This document shows positions 30,851 through 40,427 of a DNA stretch of 64,000 bases, piece by piece. Source of the stretch: Salinispira sp. (GTDB lineage: Bacteria > Spirochaetota > Spirochaetia > DSM-27196 > Salinispiraceae); assembly GCA_965226555.1 (NCBI GenBank), contig CBDDDG010000010.1, positions 32,001 to 96,000 of the forward strand, written 5' to 3'. Under the pieces are notes generated by a model. The model was not told the DNA's origin, ran no database searches, and was given only the letters and a program-made list of their open reading frames with translations. Made by a program: the position numbers and the translations under genes. How positions within the stretch are numbered: the stretch's first letter is position 1; every line of letters starts with the position of its first letter.

Positions 30851-33187
30851 CTAATACCATGTCGGAAAATTTGGCTGCACCCCATCGGTCATGGTATCCG
30901 TATCCACATCCAAGCCGGAACTCGTAAACATATCTGTTTTGGTTCCGGTATATTTACCATTGGCATCGAGCTTGTTGCCAGTTTCGGACGTCCAATGGTC
31001 CTTCCACTCCTCAAGATTTTGAGTAAATGCGCGTGCGTCATAGAACATATAGCTCATATCCGTTACCGAACCGACATCCCAGACCGAGATATCGCCATTG
31101 AATGCGTCTGCGTTCCTGAACATAAAGCTCATATTTGTTACCGAGCTGACATTCCAGTCCGAGATATCGCCATTGAATGAGCCTGCGTTCCAGAACATAG
31201 CGAACATATTCGTTACCGAGCTGACATCCCAGTCCGAGATATCGCCATTGAATGAGCCTGCGTTCCAGAACATCAAACTCATATCCGTTACCGAACTGAC
31301 ATCCCAGCCATTAAGATCGCGTGTGAATGCGTCTGCGTCACTGAACATATAGCTCATAGTCGTTACAGAGCTGACATCCCAGCCCGAGATATCGCCATTA
31401 AATGCGTCTGCGCCACTGAACATCCCTATCATATCCGTTACCGAACTGACAACCCAGCTTGAGATATCGCCATTGAATGCGGTTGCGTTCCTAAACATCT
31501 CGTACATACGCGTTACCTTGCTGACATTCCAGTTTGAGATGTCGCTATTGAATGCGCGTGCGTCACTGAACATATAGCTCATATCCGTTACCGAACTGAC
31601 AGTCCAGCCCGAGATATCCCCATTGAATGCGGTTGCGTTCCTGAACATTTCCGACATATCCGTTACCGAACTGACAGTCCAGCCCGAGATATCGCCATTG
31701 AATGCGCGTGCGTCACTGAACATATAGCTCATATCCGTTACCGAACTGACAGTCCAGCCCGAGATATCGCCATTGAATGCGGTTGCGTTCCTGAACATTT
31801 CCGACATATCCGTTACCGAACTGACAGTCCAGCCCGAGATATCCCCATTGAATGCGGTTGCGTTCCTGAACATTTCCGACATATCCGTTACCGAACTGAC
31901 AGTCCAGCCCGAGATATCGCCATTGAATGCGCGTGCGTCACTGAACATATAGCTCATATCCGTTACCGAACTGACAGTCCAGCCCGAGATATCGCCATTG
32001 AATGCGCGCGCGTCACTGAACATAGAGGACATATCCGTTATTGCCGTGGTAACAATGTAGTTGAGATCGGCAGTATTGCCCCAAGTATCTATCCCATTAG
32101 TTACCGCTGTTTTCAGTTCGGCGCTAGTTTGCGACATCTCGGTAACAAAGAAATGTTCGGCAAACTTCACCTCTCCGCTTGCGTTTTCCCCATATACCAC
32201 ATATGTTCCTGCCGCTGTATCCGCGGCAACCTCAACAATGCCGGTACTCGCATTAACTGTCGGAATGCTTACTTCCGCGGGCGCGGGCGCAGGGGTTACC
32301 GTAATGGTTCCGGACATTCCATCGACCGCGTAAGTGCCCGCAGCCAAAGAAACAATGAGATTCTCATCGGCAATACGGGTATCAATATCATTCGAAAGAA
32401 TTGCGGATACTGCCGTACCCGCTGGAACCTTTGTCGCAACAATCGGCAGTATTGCTGTTGCGGGTTCAGACCATGTACTATCGCCAATACCATTGACCGC
32501 GCGCACCTGCACATCATAGCTGGCGCCGGCTGTCAGGCTTTCTCCCTGGCCATCTCCAATGGTATACTCGGTACCGCCTATGCCGCTCACCTGCGGTTCC
32601 TCTGGAAAGGGAGAACCAGTCGTTGCGTAGCGCAATTCATACCTGCCAATGGCGCTGCCTCCATCGTATGGAGCTTCCCATTTCACCGTCAGACGACCAT
32701 TACCAAGTATAACCAGTATTGCAGGAGCGGCAGGAACAGCCATGACCAGTTCACCTGTTTCGGATTCAGACCAGTGGCCATTGCCAATGTCATTGACCGC
32801 GCGCACCTGTACGCGGTAATTGATTTCGTGTGTTAGTTGGGTTATGGTGTAGATGGTGTGTGTTCCGATGCCGGAGATAATTTCCGTCCATGTGGTTCCG
32901 CCGTCTGAGCTATGGCGCAGATGATAGGCGGTAATTTCACTACCGCCGTTGGCGGGTTCTTCCCAAGAAGCAACAATGTGATCAGTGTCCGGAGCAAGAA
33001 TGAGCGTTGTTATGGCAGAAGGCGCCGAGAGCTCAGGTAAATTGGTTCTCGGTCCCTGTACTGGCTCTGGGGCGGGACAGGCGACGAGAAGCAGTATGGG
33101 AACCAGCATGAGCGCCTTCAACAGATACCATGTGAAATGTTTCCCATTTCCGCTATTGGCAAAAATACAGTGCGTTATAATGCGCAT
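30851..33187 (-). CDS. Surface lipoprotein: 2x FN3 + expanded BspA/DUF285 repeats
   Basis: LLVAC lipobox; more than a dozen 25-aa repeats, several identical at the DNA level. Confidence 0.9.
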   Translation of the reverse strand: MRIITHCIFANSGNGKHFTWYLLKALMLVPILLLVACPAPEPVQGPRTNLPELSAPSAITTLILAPDTDHIVASWEEPANGGSEITAYHLRHSSDGGTTWTEIISGIGTHTIYTITQLTHEINYRVQVRAVNDIGNGHWSESETGELVMAVPAAPAILVILGNGRLTVKWEAPYDGGSAIGRYELRYATTGSPFPEEPQVSGIGGTEYTIGDGQGESLTAGASYDVQVRAVNGIGDSTWSEPATAILPIVATKVPAGTAVSAILSNDIDTRIADENLIVSLAAGTYAVDGMSGTITVTPAPAPAEVSIPTVNASTGIVEVAADTAAGTYVVYGENASGEVKFAEHFFVTEMSQTSAELKTAVTNGIDTWGNTADLNYIVTTAITDMSSMFSDARAFNGDISGWTVSSVTDMSYMFSDARAFNGDISGWTVSSVTDMSEMFRNATAFNGDISGWTVSSVTDMSEMFRNATAFNGDISGWTVSSVTDMSYMFSDARAFNGDISGWTVSSVTDMSEMFRNATAFNGDISGWTVSSVTDMSYMFSDARAFNSDISNWNVSKVTRMYEMFRNATAFNGDISSWVVSSVTDMIGMFSGADAFNGDISGWDVSSVTTMSYMFSDADAFTRDLNGWDVSSVTDMSLMFWNAGSFNGDISDWDVSSVTNMFAMFWNAGSFNGDISDWNVSSVTNMSFMFRNADAFNGDISVWDVGSVTDMSYMFYDARAFTQNLEEWKDHWTSETGNKLDANGKYTGTKTDMFTSSGLDVDTDTMTDGVQPNFPTWY

Positions 33188-33417
33188 ACAATTTCCTCCA
33201 TTACCATATTCTTATACTAAGTACTAAGTGTATCACAGAATTATGTAATAGCAAAACAGATCAAATATCAGAACAGAACTTCCCCAATAATCGCCCGAGG
33301 ATGCGTTGCGCGCCCACGCGGCTGGTAAGTGCCCCGCCTCAGCAACAGTCGCATAGGTGAGCAATCGAAAAAAGGCAGGCACGGATTTCTCCGCGCCTGC
33401 CCAAGTTGAATTGCCGT

Positions 33418-33445
33418 GTTTCATAGCTCCCGCGGGCTATGAAAC
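33418..33445. terminator. Hairpin downstream of the 33451-34803 gene
   Basis: GTTTCATAGC-tcccgcgg-GCTATGAAAC, 10-bp stem. Confidence 0.5.
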
Positions 33446-33450
33446 TGCTC

Positions 33451-34803
33451 CTAATACCATGACGGAACACCCACACCCGTAGGCTTATTCGTATCCGACC
33501 CGTCCGTATTCGTCACCACGCCGGACTCTAAAAACGTATTTGTTTTGGTTCCGGTATATTTTCCAGCGGCATTGAGCGTCCAATGCTCCCCCCAGTCCTC
33601 AAGATCTTGATTGAATGCGCTTGCCCTAAAGAACATAGAGCCCATATTCGTTACCGAGCTGACATCCCAACCGGAAATATCGTTATTGAATGCTGTTGCG
33701 GTATAGAACATACCGCCCATAAACGTTACCGAGCTGACATTCCAGAGTGAGATATCGCCATTGAATTCGTTCGCCAAATAGAACATAGAGCCCATATTCG
33801 TTACCGAGCTGACATCCCAACCGGAGATGTCGCCATTGAATGCAGTTGCGGTATAGAACATACTGTTCATATTCCCTACCTTACTGACATCCCAACCGGA
33901 AATATCGCCATTGAATGCAGTTGCGCTAGCGAACATACCGTTCATAAACGTTACCGAGCTGACATCCCAGCCGGAGATATTGCCATTGAATGTGGTATTG
34001 GAATTGAAAACAGATGACATATCCGTTATTTCCGTGGTAATAATGTAGTTGAGATTGGCAGTATTGCCCCAAGTATCTATCCCCTCAGTTATCAGTGTGC
34101 CCAGTTCAGTTTTATTTTGAGGGCTCACGGTAACAGAGAAATACTCGGCAAAGCGTACATCGCTGGTTCCGTTTTCACCATATAGCAGATATGTTCCAGC
34201 CGTTGTACCTGCGGTAACCGTAATAATTCCGGTATCCGCATCAACAGTCGGCCGGATAACTCCTGCGGGCGGAGGTACGATGGTTAGCGTAATGCCTCCT
34301 GATTCATCAACCGCGTAGGCGCCTGTGGTCAAAGAAACGCTGAGGTTCTCAGTGGCAATTTGCTTGCCAATATCGTCCGAAAAAATGACGGATGTTTCCG
34401 TCCCCGCAGGAACCTGCGTTGCAGAATTCGGCGCCATTTCCATTGCGGATGGAGACCAGGGTCCTTTGCCGACTGCATTGACAGCGCGCACCTGTACTTC
34501 ATAACTGGCGCCGTTGGTCAGCGGGCTAATGCTGTAGCTTGTTTCGGTAATTTCGGTAATTTCCGACCATATGGTTCCGCCGTCTGAGCTATATTGCAGC
34601 TCATACCCGGTAATGGCGCTGCCACCATCATCCGGCGCAGTCCATGTAGCAATGAGTTCCCCATTTCCCACTTCAAGGGTTGGGGCAGCCATGGTACCCG
34701 GCGCGGTTGCCACCGGTTCCGGCATCGGGCATCCAGAAATCAATACAATAAACATCGCACAGAACATGAAAAAGGCTACCTTTTTGTATGATGTATTTCT
34801 CAT
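33451..34803 (-). CDS. Surface lipoprotein: FN3 + BspA/DUF285 repeats
   Basis: LISGC lipobox; FNGDISGWDVSSV repeats; RBS AGGAGG. Confidence 0.9.
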   Translation of the reverse strand: MRNTSYKKVAFFMFCAMFIVLISGCPMPEPVATAPGTMAAPTLEVGNGELIATWTAPDDGGSAITGYELQYSSDGGTIWSEITEITETSYSISPLTNGASYEVQVRAVNAVGKGPWSPSAMEMAPNSATQVPAGTETSVIFSDDIGKQIATENLSVSLTTGAYAVDESGGITLTIVPPPAGVIRPTVDADTGIITVTAGTTAGTYLLYGENGTSDVRFAEYFSVTVSPQNKTELGTLITEGIDTWGNTANLNYIITTEITDMSSVFNSNTTFNGNISGWDVSSVTFMNGMFASATAFNGDISGWDVSKVGNMNSMFYTATAFNGDISGWDVSSVTNMGSMFYLANEFNGDISLWNVSSVTFMGGMFYTATAFNNDISGWDVSSVTNMGSMFFRASAFNQDLEDWGEHWTLNAAGKYTGTKTNTFLESGVVTNTDGSDTNKPTGVGVPSWY

Positions 34804-34936
34804 GATTTTGCCTCCTAAAATCATAATTTTTTGACTCAGAAAAATTCTGACGGCTCCCGCCACTATTTCCGAGGTTGCGGCATAATATCAGTTTGAGAAA
34901 ACATATGCAATGAGGATTTTCTCATCTCAAAACTCC

Positions 34937-35278
34937 CTAACGCAGAGTAGTAATGTCGCGGTATGCCTGCACTACACGGTCAACAACATTTTTGGTGATA
35001 CTCAGGCTCAAATTTGCCTTTGCCAATGCAATGGTTACATCGTGCGCTTCCACTGAATCAGGATTGACAATAGACTGAGTGCTGATGTCATGAGCAAACT
35101 GCTGATCAGCATTCACCTCGCTGATGGTATCGAAGAGCATCTGCCCGAAACTCTTCTGTCCCTCGGGTAAAATAGATGCTGTGTTCTTTATGTGATCAGG
35201 ATCGGTGGTTTTCAGAGTAAAGATATCACCCCGAACTTCTGACGGCATGAGATGATGCGCGGTAAATTGGATATTCAT
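34937..35278 (-). CDS. fliE: Flagellar hook-basal body protein FliE
   Basis: HDVTIALAKANLSL...DRVVQAYRDI; follows flgC. Confidence 0.9.
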   Translation of the reverse strand: MNIQFTAHHLMPSEVRGDIFTLKTTDPDHIKNTASILPEGQKSFGQMLFDTISEVNADQQFAHDISTQSIVNPDSVEAHDVTIALAKANLSLSITKNVVDRVVQAYRDITTLR

Positions 35279-35296
35279 AATCCCTCCCTCCCTTAC

Positions 35297-35755
35297 TTAT
35301 CGACCAATTTCCAGTGCTTTCATAAACATATTTTTTGTTCCTTCAACAATGGAAACATTCGCATCATAGCTGCGGGATGCGGAAATGAGGTCAACCATTT
35401 CTTCCACCACGTTGACATTCGGATATTCAACATAGCCCGCCCGCGGACCCGCCTTAATTGCATCGGGATGGGTGGGATCGTATACCAGACGCAGGGGGTC
35501 GTCCATGTCTTTTTCAATGGACACAGCCTGCACCCCATTTCCCAGCCCCTCATCGAGCGCCTTGGGGAAGTACTGGCTCTTCCATGTAAGCGAGTCGGCG
35601 CGCGGCGCCACAATAACCCGGCTCCGGCGGTAGGCGCCTCCCTCGGGCGTGCGTGTTGTTTCAACATTCGCAATGTTGTTGGCAATTATATCCTGACGAA
35701 GCCTCTGAACGGTAAGCCCGCTTGAAGCAATGTTAAGTGTTGAATACAGTCCCAT
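35297..35755 (-). CDS. flgC: Flagellar basal-body rod protein FlgC
   Basis: [41 protein letters not shown]. Confidence 0.96.
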   Translation of the reverse strand: MGLYSTLNIASSGLTVQRLRQDIIANNIANVETTRTPEGGAYRRSRVIVAPRADSLTWKSQYFPKALDEGLGNGVQAVSIEKDMDDPLRLVYDPTHPDAIKAGPRAGYVEYPNVNVVEEMVDLISASRSYDANVSIVEGTKNMFMKALEIGR

Positions 35756-35856
35756 AGTTTCTCCCTTTTCTCAGCCTTCGCTGCGCGCCCTGCGGGCGCT
35801 CTCCGCATACTCTGCGAGCCCTGCGCTATGCGCCGTGAGCTCTGCGCCGCTATGTA

Positions 35857-36273
35857 CTAGTTAAGAACAATGTTCATCTGACGGAAATTATGGTTTACGG
35901 CTGTTACCATAAGATTATAGGCCAGTTGCTGATTGATGTATGTGGTCGATTCGACTTCAATATCGACATTGTTGCCGTTGTTCTTGGCTGTCGTAAGAAA
36001 ATCGGCAACCCTGCGGGGGACAACCGTTCGGTAATCAATTTCCCGCTGAAATGGAATGTGTTTTTCATTAGTAAGATAGGTATTGAACGCGGGAGCTTTC
36101 TCACTTTCAAGAGCCTTTTTCAGGCTGGTCTCAAAATTAACAAACTCCCGCTTAAAATTCGGCGTGTCCGCATTGGCAATGTTGTTGGCAGTAACTTCCT
36201 GACGGTAGAGATTCACACTCATGCTCCGCTGCAGAATATCAAGATTCTTGCCCCAGTTATTATTCGTAAACAT
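35857..36273 (-). CDS. flgB: Flagellar basal-body rod protein FlgB
   Basis: RQEVTANNIANADTPNFK, NGNNVDIE. Confidence 0.95.
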   Translation of the reverse strand: MFTNNNWGKNLDILQRSMSVNLYRQEVTANNIANADTPNFKREFVNFETSLKKALESEKAPAFNTYLTNEKHIPFQREIDYRTVVPRRVADFLTTAKNNGNNVDIEVESTTYINQQLAYNLMVTAVNHNFRQMNIVLN

Positions 36274-36419
36274 CAATTCCCCTCCCCGGGAAGTGCTACC
36301 AGCCCCATCGGAGACGAAGTCTCCGATCAGCAACAGACGCATGGCGAGCAGCGCGGAAGCGCAACCAGTCCCTCAGTCTTGTTGTTATTTTCGGAAGAAA
36401 ATTACACGAGCTTAATAAA

Positions 36420-36473
36420 GAAACTTTTGCATTGGAAAATTGTGCGTGCACAATTTCCAGGAGCAAAAGTTTC
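36420..36473. repeat. 54-bp palindromic element copy
   Basis: gaaacttttgcattggaaaattgtgcgtgcacaatttccaggagcaaaagtttc. Confidence 0.9.
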
Positions 36474-36511
36474 TATTAGATTACTGAGAATCCGGTCGGG
36501 CAGCCGCGCTG

Positions 36512-36754
36512 TCAGCCTTTTTTGGTTACAAGAATCCTCCAGATACGTTTTTCGGGTTTTTCGAGCGCCTCAATAATATGCCCCTCACCCTCAAGACTGC
36601 GGGGCACATTTGCGGCCGACTCACTATTTCCAAGCAAAATCTCCAGAGTCTCTCCATTGTTAAGACCCTCAAGCTCAAGCTTACTTTTCACAAAGGTGTA
36701 CGGACACACTTCGTTACGTATATCCAGCGATTTCGCAATAGATACATCAGACAT
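36512..36754 (-). CDS. TusA/YeeD-family sulfur carrier
   Basis: LDIRNEVCPYTFVK CPxx motif. Confidence 0.88.
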   Translation of the reverse strand: MSDVSIAKSLDIRNEVCPYTFVKSKLELEGLNNGETLEILLGNSESAANVPRSLEGEGHIIEALEKPEKRIWRILVTKKG

Positions 36755-36774
36755 ACTATTCCTCCATGCCGGCG

Positions 36775-37647
36775 CTAGGGAAGCGCAATAGGGGTGTCAT
36801 CACGATTACCCCATTCAACCCAACTTCCGTCATACAGGGCAACATTTTTATACCCAAGGAGCCTCAATGCAAAGTAGGAATGCGCGCCGCGAACACCTGT
36901 CTGGCAATGCGTTGCTATGCGGCTATTCCTGTCAATGGTATCGTCATAAATTGTTGCCAGCGTGCTGGCAGTTTCAAACCTTCCATCTGCATCAATGTTT
37001 TTAATCCAATCGATATGAACAGCGCCGGGAATGTGCCCGCCGCGGTTCGCGCGGACATCGCTTCCTTCATATTCATCCTGACTACGGGTATCAAGAACAA
37101 CAAAATCTTCATTCCCATAGTTTGCAAGAATCTCGGCGCTATCAACAATCAGCTCAGGTTGAAAGCGTACTCTGAAAGTTGCCGCCGGCCGGTGTTCATC
37201 AGCCATACGTACCGGATAACTGAGTTCCTCCCATGCCGCGAATCCGCCATCCAGAAGACGCACCTTTCTATGCCCGAGAACTTCAAAACCCCAGAAGGCT
37301 CGCGATGCCCAGAGATTGTTACCGCTGTCATACATAACAATTGTTGTCCTGTTATCTATTCCTCTGGCGCCGAGTTCCGCTCCAATATCTTCAGGATCGG
37401 GAAGCATACCGGCAATACCGTTTCTTTCATCGTAGAATATACTCCGATCAAGATATACCGCCCCGGGAATGTGACCCTTCTGAAAATCTTCATAAGAACG
37501 CCCATAATCAACAACAATTACCCTGTCGAGATTATCCTCAAGCCATTCAGCAGTTACCAGAAGCGATTCTCCGCTTTCCCTGCCGCCTCCGGCAAATACC
37601 ATTGTAAGCACAAGTGCCATTACAATACTACATATAAATGTTTTCAT
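36775..37647 (-). CDS. Exported tandem-domain rhodanese/sulfurtransferase
   Basis: Signal peptide; GHIPGA x2; active loop CQTGVR; LYDGSWVEW. Confidence 0.9.
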   Translation of the reverse strand: MKTFICSIVMALVLTMVFAGGGRESGESLLVTAEWLEDNLDRVIVVDYGRSYEDFQKGHIPGAVYLDRSIFYDERNGIAGMLPDPEDIGAELGARGIDNRTTIVMYDSGNNLWASRAFWGFEVLGHRKVRLLDGGFAAWEELSYPVRMADEHRPAATFRVRFQPELIVDSAEILANYGNEDFVVLDTRSQDEYEGSDVRANRGGHIPGAVHIDWIKNIDADGRFETASTLATIYDDTIDRNSRIATHCQTGVRGAHSYFALRLLGYKNVALYDGSWVEWGNRDDTPIALP

Positions 37648-37673
37648 ACATTACTCCTTTGATGTAAACATTC

Positions 37674-37727
37674 GAAACTTTTGCTCTTGGAAATTGTGCA
37701 CGCACAATTTTCCAATGCAAAATTTTG
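37674..37727. repeat. 54-bp palindromic element copy
   Basis: gaaacttttgctcttggaaattgtgcacgcacaattttccaatgcaaaattttg. Confidence 0.88.
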
Positions 37728-37738
37728 TATCATTTTTC

Positions 37739-38821
37739 TCAGAACTTTTTTTGCTTTCGCATTTTTTGAAAGATAATTCCGGTCGTCGCCCACACACCGA
37801 ACATGGTGAAAAGCGTTGCGACCATGGAGCTGATACTCAGGGTAGACAGGCCCGTTATGCCATGCCCGATGTTACACCCCCCCGCGATAGATGCTCCTGT
37901 ACCCATTAGCACTCCTCCGCCCAACTGCATAAGCATTCGGCGGGGTTCGGGAAGAACCAGCGCCGCCTCGCCTGCCCGCGCCGCAGCGAAATATGCTCCA
38001 AAGGGAACCCCCGCAACGAGGAAACTTACTACGCTTATCCCTGAAGCATCACCATTCAGCAGCAAATTCCCCCACGATTGTATGGGCTGTGTAAATGAGA
38101 AAATAACATCGATGAAGGAAACGAGCAAATTCCCCCACGATTGTATGGGCTGTGTAAATGAAAGCCCAAAGTCCCTGGATACAAAGGAACTCAAAACCCA
38201 GGTCAGCACCGAAAGAATGCCGACAGCGAGTCCGGTTTGCCACCACTTCCAGCCGTTAACATATTTCTGCTTCGGCGCGCGCAGAAGCCACACAACTCCG
38301 ATAATACTCAGCAGGGCAATAATAAGCCATTTCCAGATACTGTAGTCTATTCCCAGAACATTCCACACACTCGGCGCTTCACCCCGAATATCTATTGTAT
38401 ACGCTCGCAAAAAACGCTGTAGGGGCGCTGCAGGCGCTGCCGCGCCGGTTCCGAAAAGAAGGGCGCCGAAAACAAAGCCCGCAAGCGCCGCCCAACTTCC
38501 CAGCATGCCTCGACCGGCACGGTAACAGGAACCGCTTGTACATCCTCCGGCAAGTACCATACCGGCGCCGAAAATAAGACCGCCGGGAATAAGCGCATAA
38601 ATATACAAGGGAGCGCGGCTTATGGTAATAAGCGCCAGTTCATCAAGCAGATGGACAAGTACCAGATTAATAATAAGCACAAGCACCCATGCCCGAACCA
38701 GCGAATGATCCTTCTCAAACACAATACTCCTGAAAGCCGAATTCATGCAGAATCCGCCCTTCTGAAAGCTGAAACCAAGCAATAAACCAAGAATAAATCC
38801 CAAAATATATATAATCATCAT
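37739..38821 (-). CDS. YeeE/YedE (TsuA-like) thiosulfate/sulfur transporter
   Basis: GFCM, GMVLAGGCTSG and IAGGCNIGHG conserved cysteines. Confidence 0.9.
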   Translation of the reverse strand: MMIIYILGFILGLLLGFSFQKGGFCMNSAFRSIVFEKDHSLVRAWVLVLIINLVLVHLLDELALITISRAPLYIYALIPGGLIFGAGMVLAGGCTSGSCYRAGRGMLGSWAALAGFVFGALLFGTGAAAPAAPLQRFLRAYTIDIRGEAPSVWNVLGIDYSIWKWLIIALLSIIGVVWLLRAPKQKYVNGWKWWQTGLAVGILSVLTWVLSSFVSRDFGLSFTQPIQSWGNLLVSFIDVIFSFTQPIQSWGNLLLNGDASGISVVSFLVAGVPFGAYFAAARAGEAALVLPEPRRMLMQLGGGVLMGTGASIAGGCNIGHGITGLSTLSISSMVATLFTMFGVWATTGIIFQKMRKQKKF

Positions 38822-38911
38822 AATCCTCGTGCCGCTTCCGCAGCCCCGGCCGCCCGCGCAGCTCCTCCGCCAGCGTGCCGAGGCTCCCGCTTCCGCGCTC
38901 CTACATCTGCA

Positions 38912-39919
38912 TTAAAAACAGGCAAAATTACCTCCGTACTTTTGTGAACCCAAAGCTGCGCTTCCAATGCGAAGGCTGTCTGGAAGGCCCGCTATTTTTG
39001 CGCTCCTGCTTTCAACTGTCCGATTACCCTTGATGGTGAGCACAAGAAAGGGCAGCGATGTTGAATGGGGAATGAGCCACACAGTATCCTCCTCATCCAG
39101 AAGGAGCGAAGTATATCCGGCAGGAATGGCAGATGCCAAAAGCTTTTTCCCGTTCTGCCTGTTGAAGACGATAATTTCATTGTTTTCATTGTTCAGAACA
39201 ATTGTTCTATTCCCGTTTTCTTCAATAACAAGAGTTTTCGGGTTAAAACTTCCCGTAATTTTCCGTATGATTTTGTTTTTCCGCAGATCGGCAAGCACAA
39301 GTTGTTCAGTGCCTGCAATCCATGCGAAGCGGTCATTTCCGCTCACACGCAGCAGCTGCGCCTCAAAATCGAGTGCAAGACTACTCAGCACCCGCCCGTT
39401 GATACCATCGCCTCCAACAAGAAGTGAAGCCCCGTCTCCCTGTCCGAGGGCAAAATAGCGGGTTCCCCGTCCGTTAAAAACAACATTACCGAATTCTCCG
39501 GCAGGAAAATCGATGCTGCCGGAATGTTCCAGACTCAACTTCCGATGCTGATACACATCAATTTTTCCCCTTCCCCGATCAAGAATGAACACGCGTTCAC
39601 CGGTCGGAACAAAGGAAATATCTCCAATATCGCTCCAATCATCCGCAAGTCCGCCCTCAGGCCGGCCCGTTTCAGCAGAAAATATCTCAACATTGTCATT
39701 GTCCGATACAAAGACCGCGGCTCCGCCCGGCGTGGGCCATAACGATGGGATTCCGCCGCCCTGAAAAACATAGCTCCCCGCATATTCGCCCGCATCACGG
39801 TCAATAATGTGTACAGTATCATCAACCTGCACATACAAGGCGTAATCGAAGGCTCCAGCTATCGCAGGGAAGGCAAAAAATACAAGCGCTGCGCCCAGAA
39901 TGCGTTTTTTCATACTCAT
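38912..39919 (-). CDS. Exported YncE-like beta-propeller protein ending GGNFACF
   Basis: Signal peptide MKKRILGAALVFFAFPAIAGA; beta-strand repeats with PTG/TRG turns; embedded in the operon. Confidence 0.65.
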   Translation of the reverse strand: MSMKKRILGAALVFFAFPAIAGAFDYALYVQVDDTVHIIDRDAGEYAGSYVFQGGGIPSLWPTPGGAAVFVSDNDNVEIFSAETGRPEGGLADDWSDIGDISFVPTGERVFILDRGRGKIDVYQHRKLSLEHSGSIDFPAGEFGNVVFNGRGTRYFALGQGDGASLLVGGDGINGRVLSSLALDFEAQLLRVSGNDRFAWIAGTEQLVLADLRKNKIIRKITGSFNPKTLVIEENGNRTIVLNNENNEIIVFNRQNGKKLLASAIPAGYTSLLLDEEDTVWLIPHSTSLPFLVLTIKGNRTVESRSAKIAGLPDSLRIGSAALGSQKYGGNFACF

Positions 39920-39926
39920 CTCCAAT

Positions 39927-40427
39927 TTATCTCCAATTCATTTCGTCAGAACTGCGTAATCCGCTCAGTTCGCTGATAAGCCGCTGTACCTGACGTGTAT
40001 TATTCTCACGCTTCTTAACAGTGAAAAAATTCAAAATATCTCCCTGCACATCGAAAATGCCGTAGATCATCTTCTGATCTTCTGCCAGCCTGATATCTTC
40101 CTCGCTCATTCTCGACGGTGTTGCCGGATGACTATGATAGGTTCCAATGAGTTTCTTCCCCTGCTTTCCGGCCTCCCTGAATGCTTCAAACTGCTCAGCC
40201 GGATCAAAGCGGTAATGCTCAGGGCTTTCATCAACATTGCGCAGAGGAAAAATCGCTGTTACCTCAATAAGCGGAGCAAATGATCCGCTGCGAAAGGCCG
40301 CCCGCTCTGAAGCAAGGTAACCGCAAATTTCACAGGGCAGCCCTTCATGCGCCAGTTTTTTTATTTTCTGATATACCTCACTGCTTATTCTCACCTTCGG
40401 TATACCTTTTCTTGCAGTATCAGCCAT
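39927..40427 (-). CDS. JAB/Mov34 metalloprotease (Mec/HcyD-like)
   Basis: EICGYL, YHSHP...SEED JAMM motif. Confidence 0.9.
   Translation of the reverse strand: MADTARKGIPKVRISSEVYQKIKKLAHEGLPCEICGYLASERAAFRSGSFAPLIEVTAIFPLRNVDESPEHYRFDPAEQFEAFREAGKQGKKLIGTYHSHPATPSRMSEEDIRLAEDQKMIYGIFDVQGDILNFFTVKKRENNTRQVQRLISELSGLRSSDEMNWR

Noticed and set aside
31020..32040. Regular repeats resembling a CRISPR array
   Set aside because: In-frame 75-bp coding repeats with no unique spacers and no cas genes.
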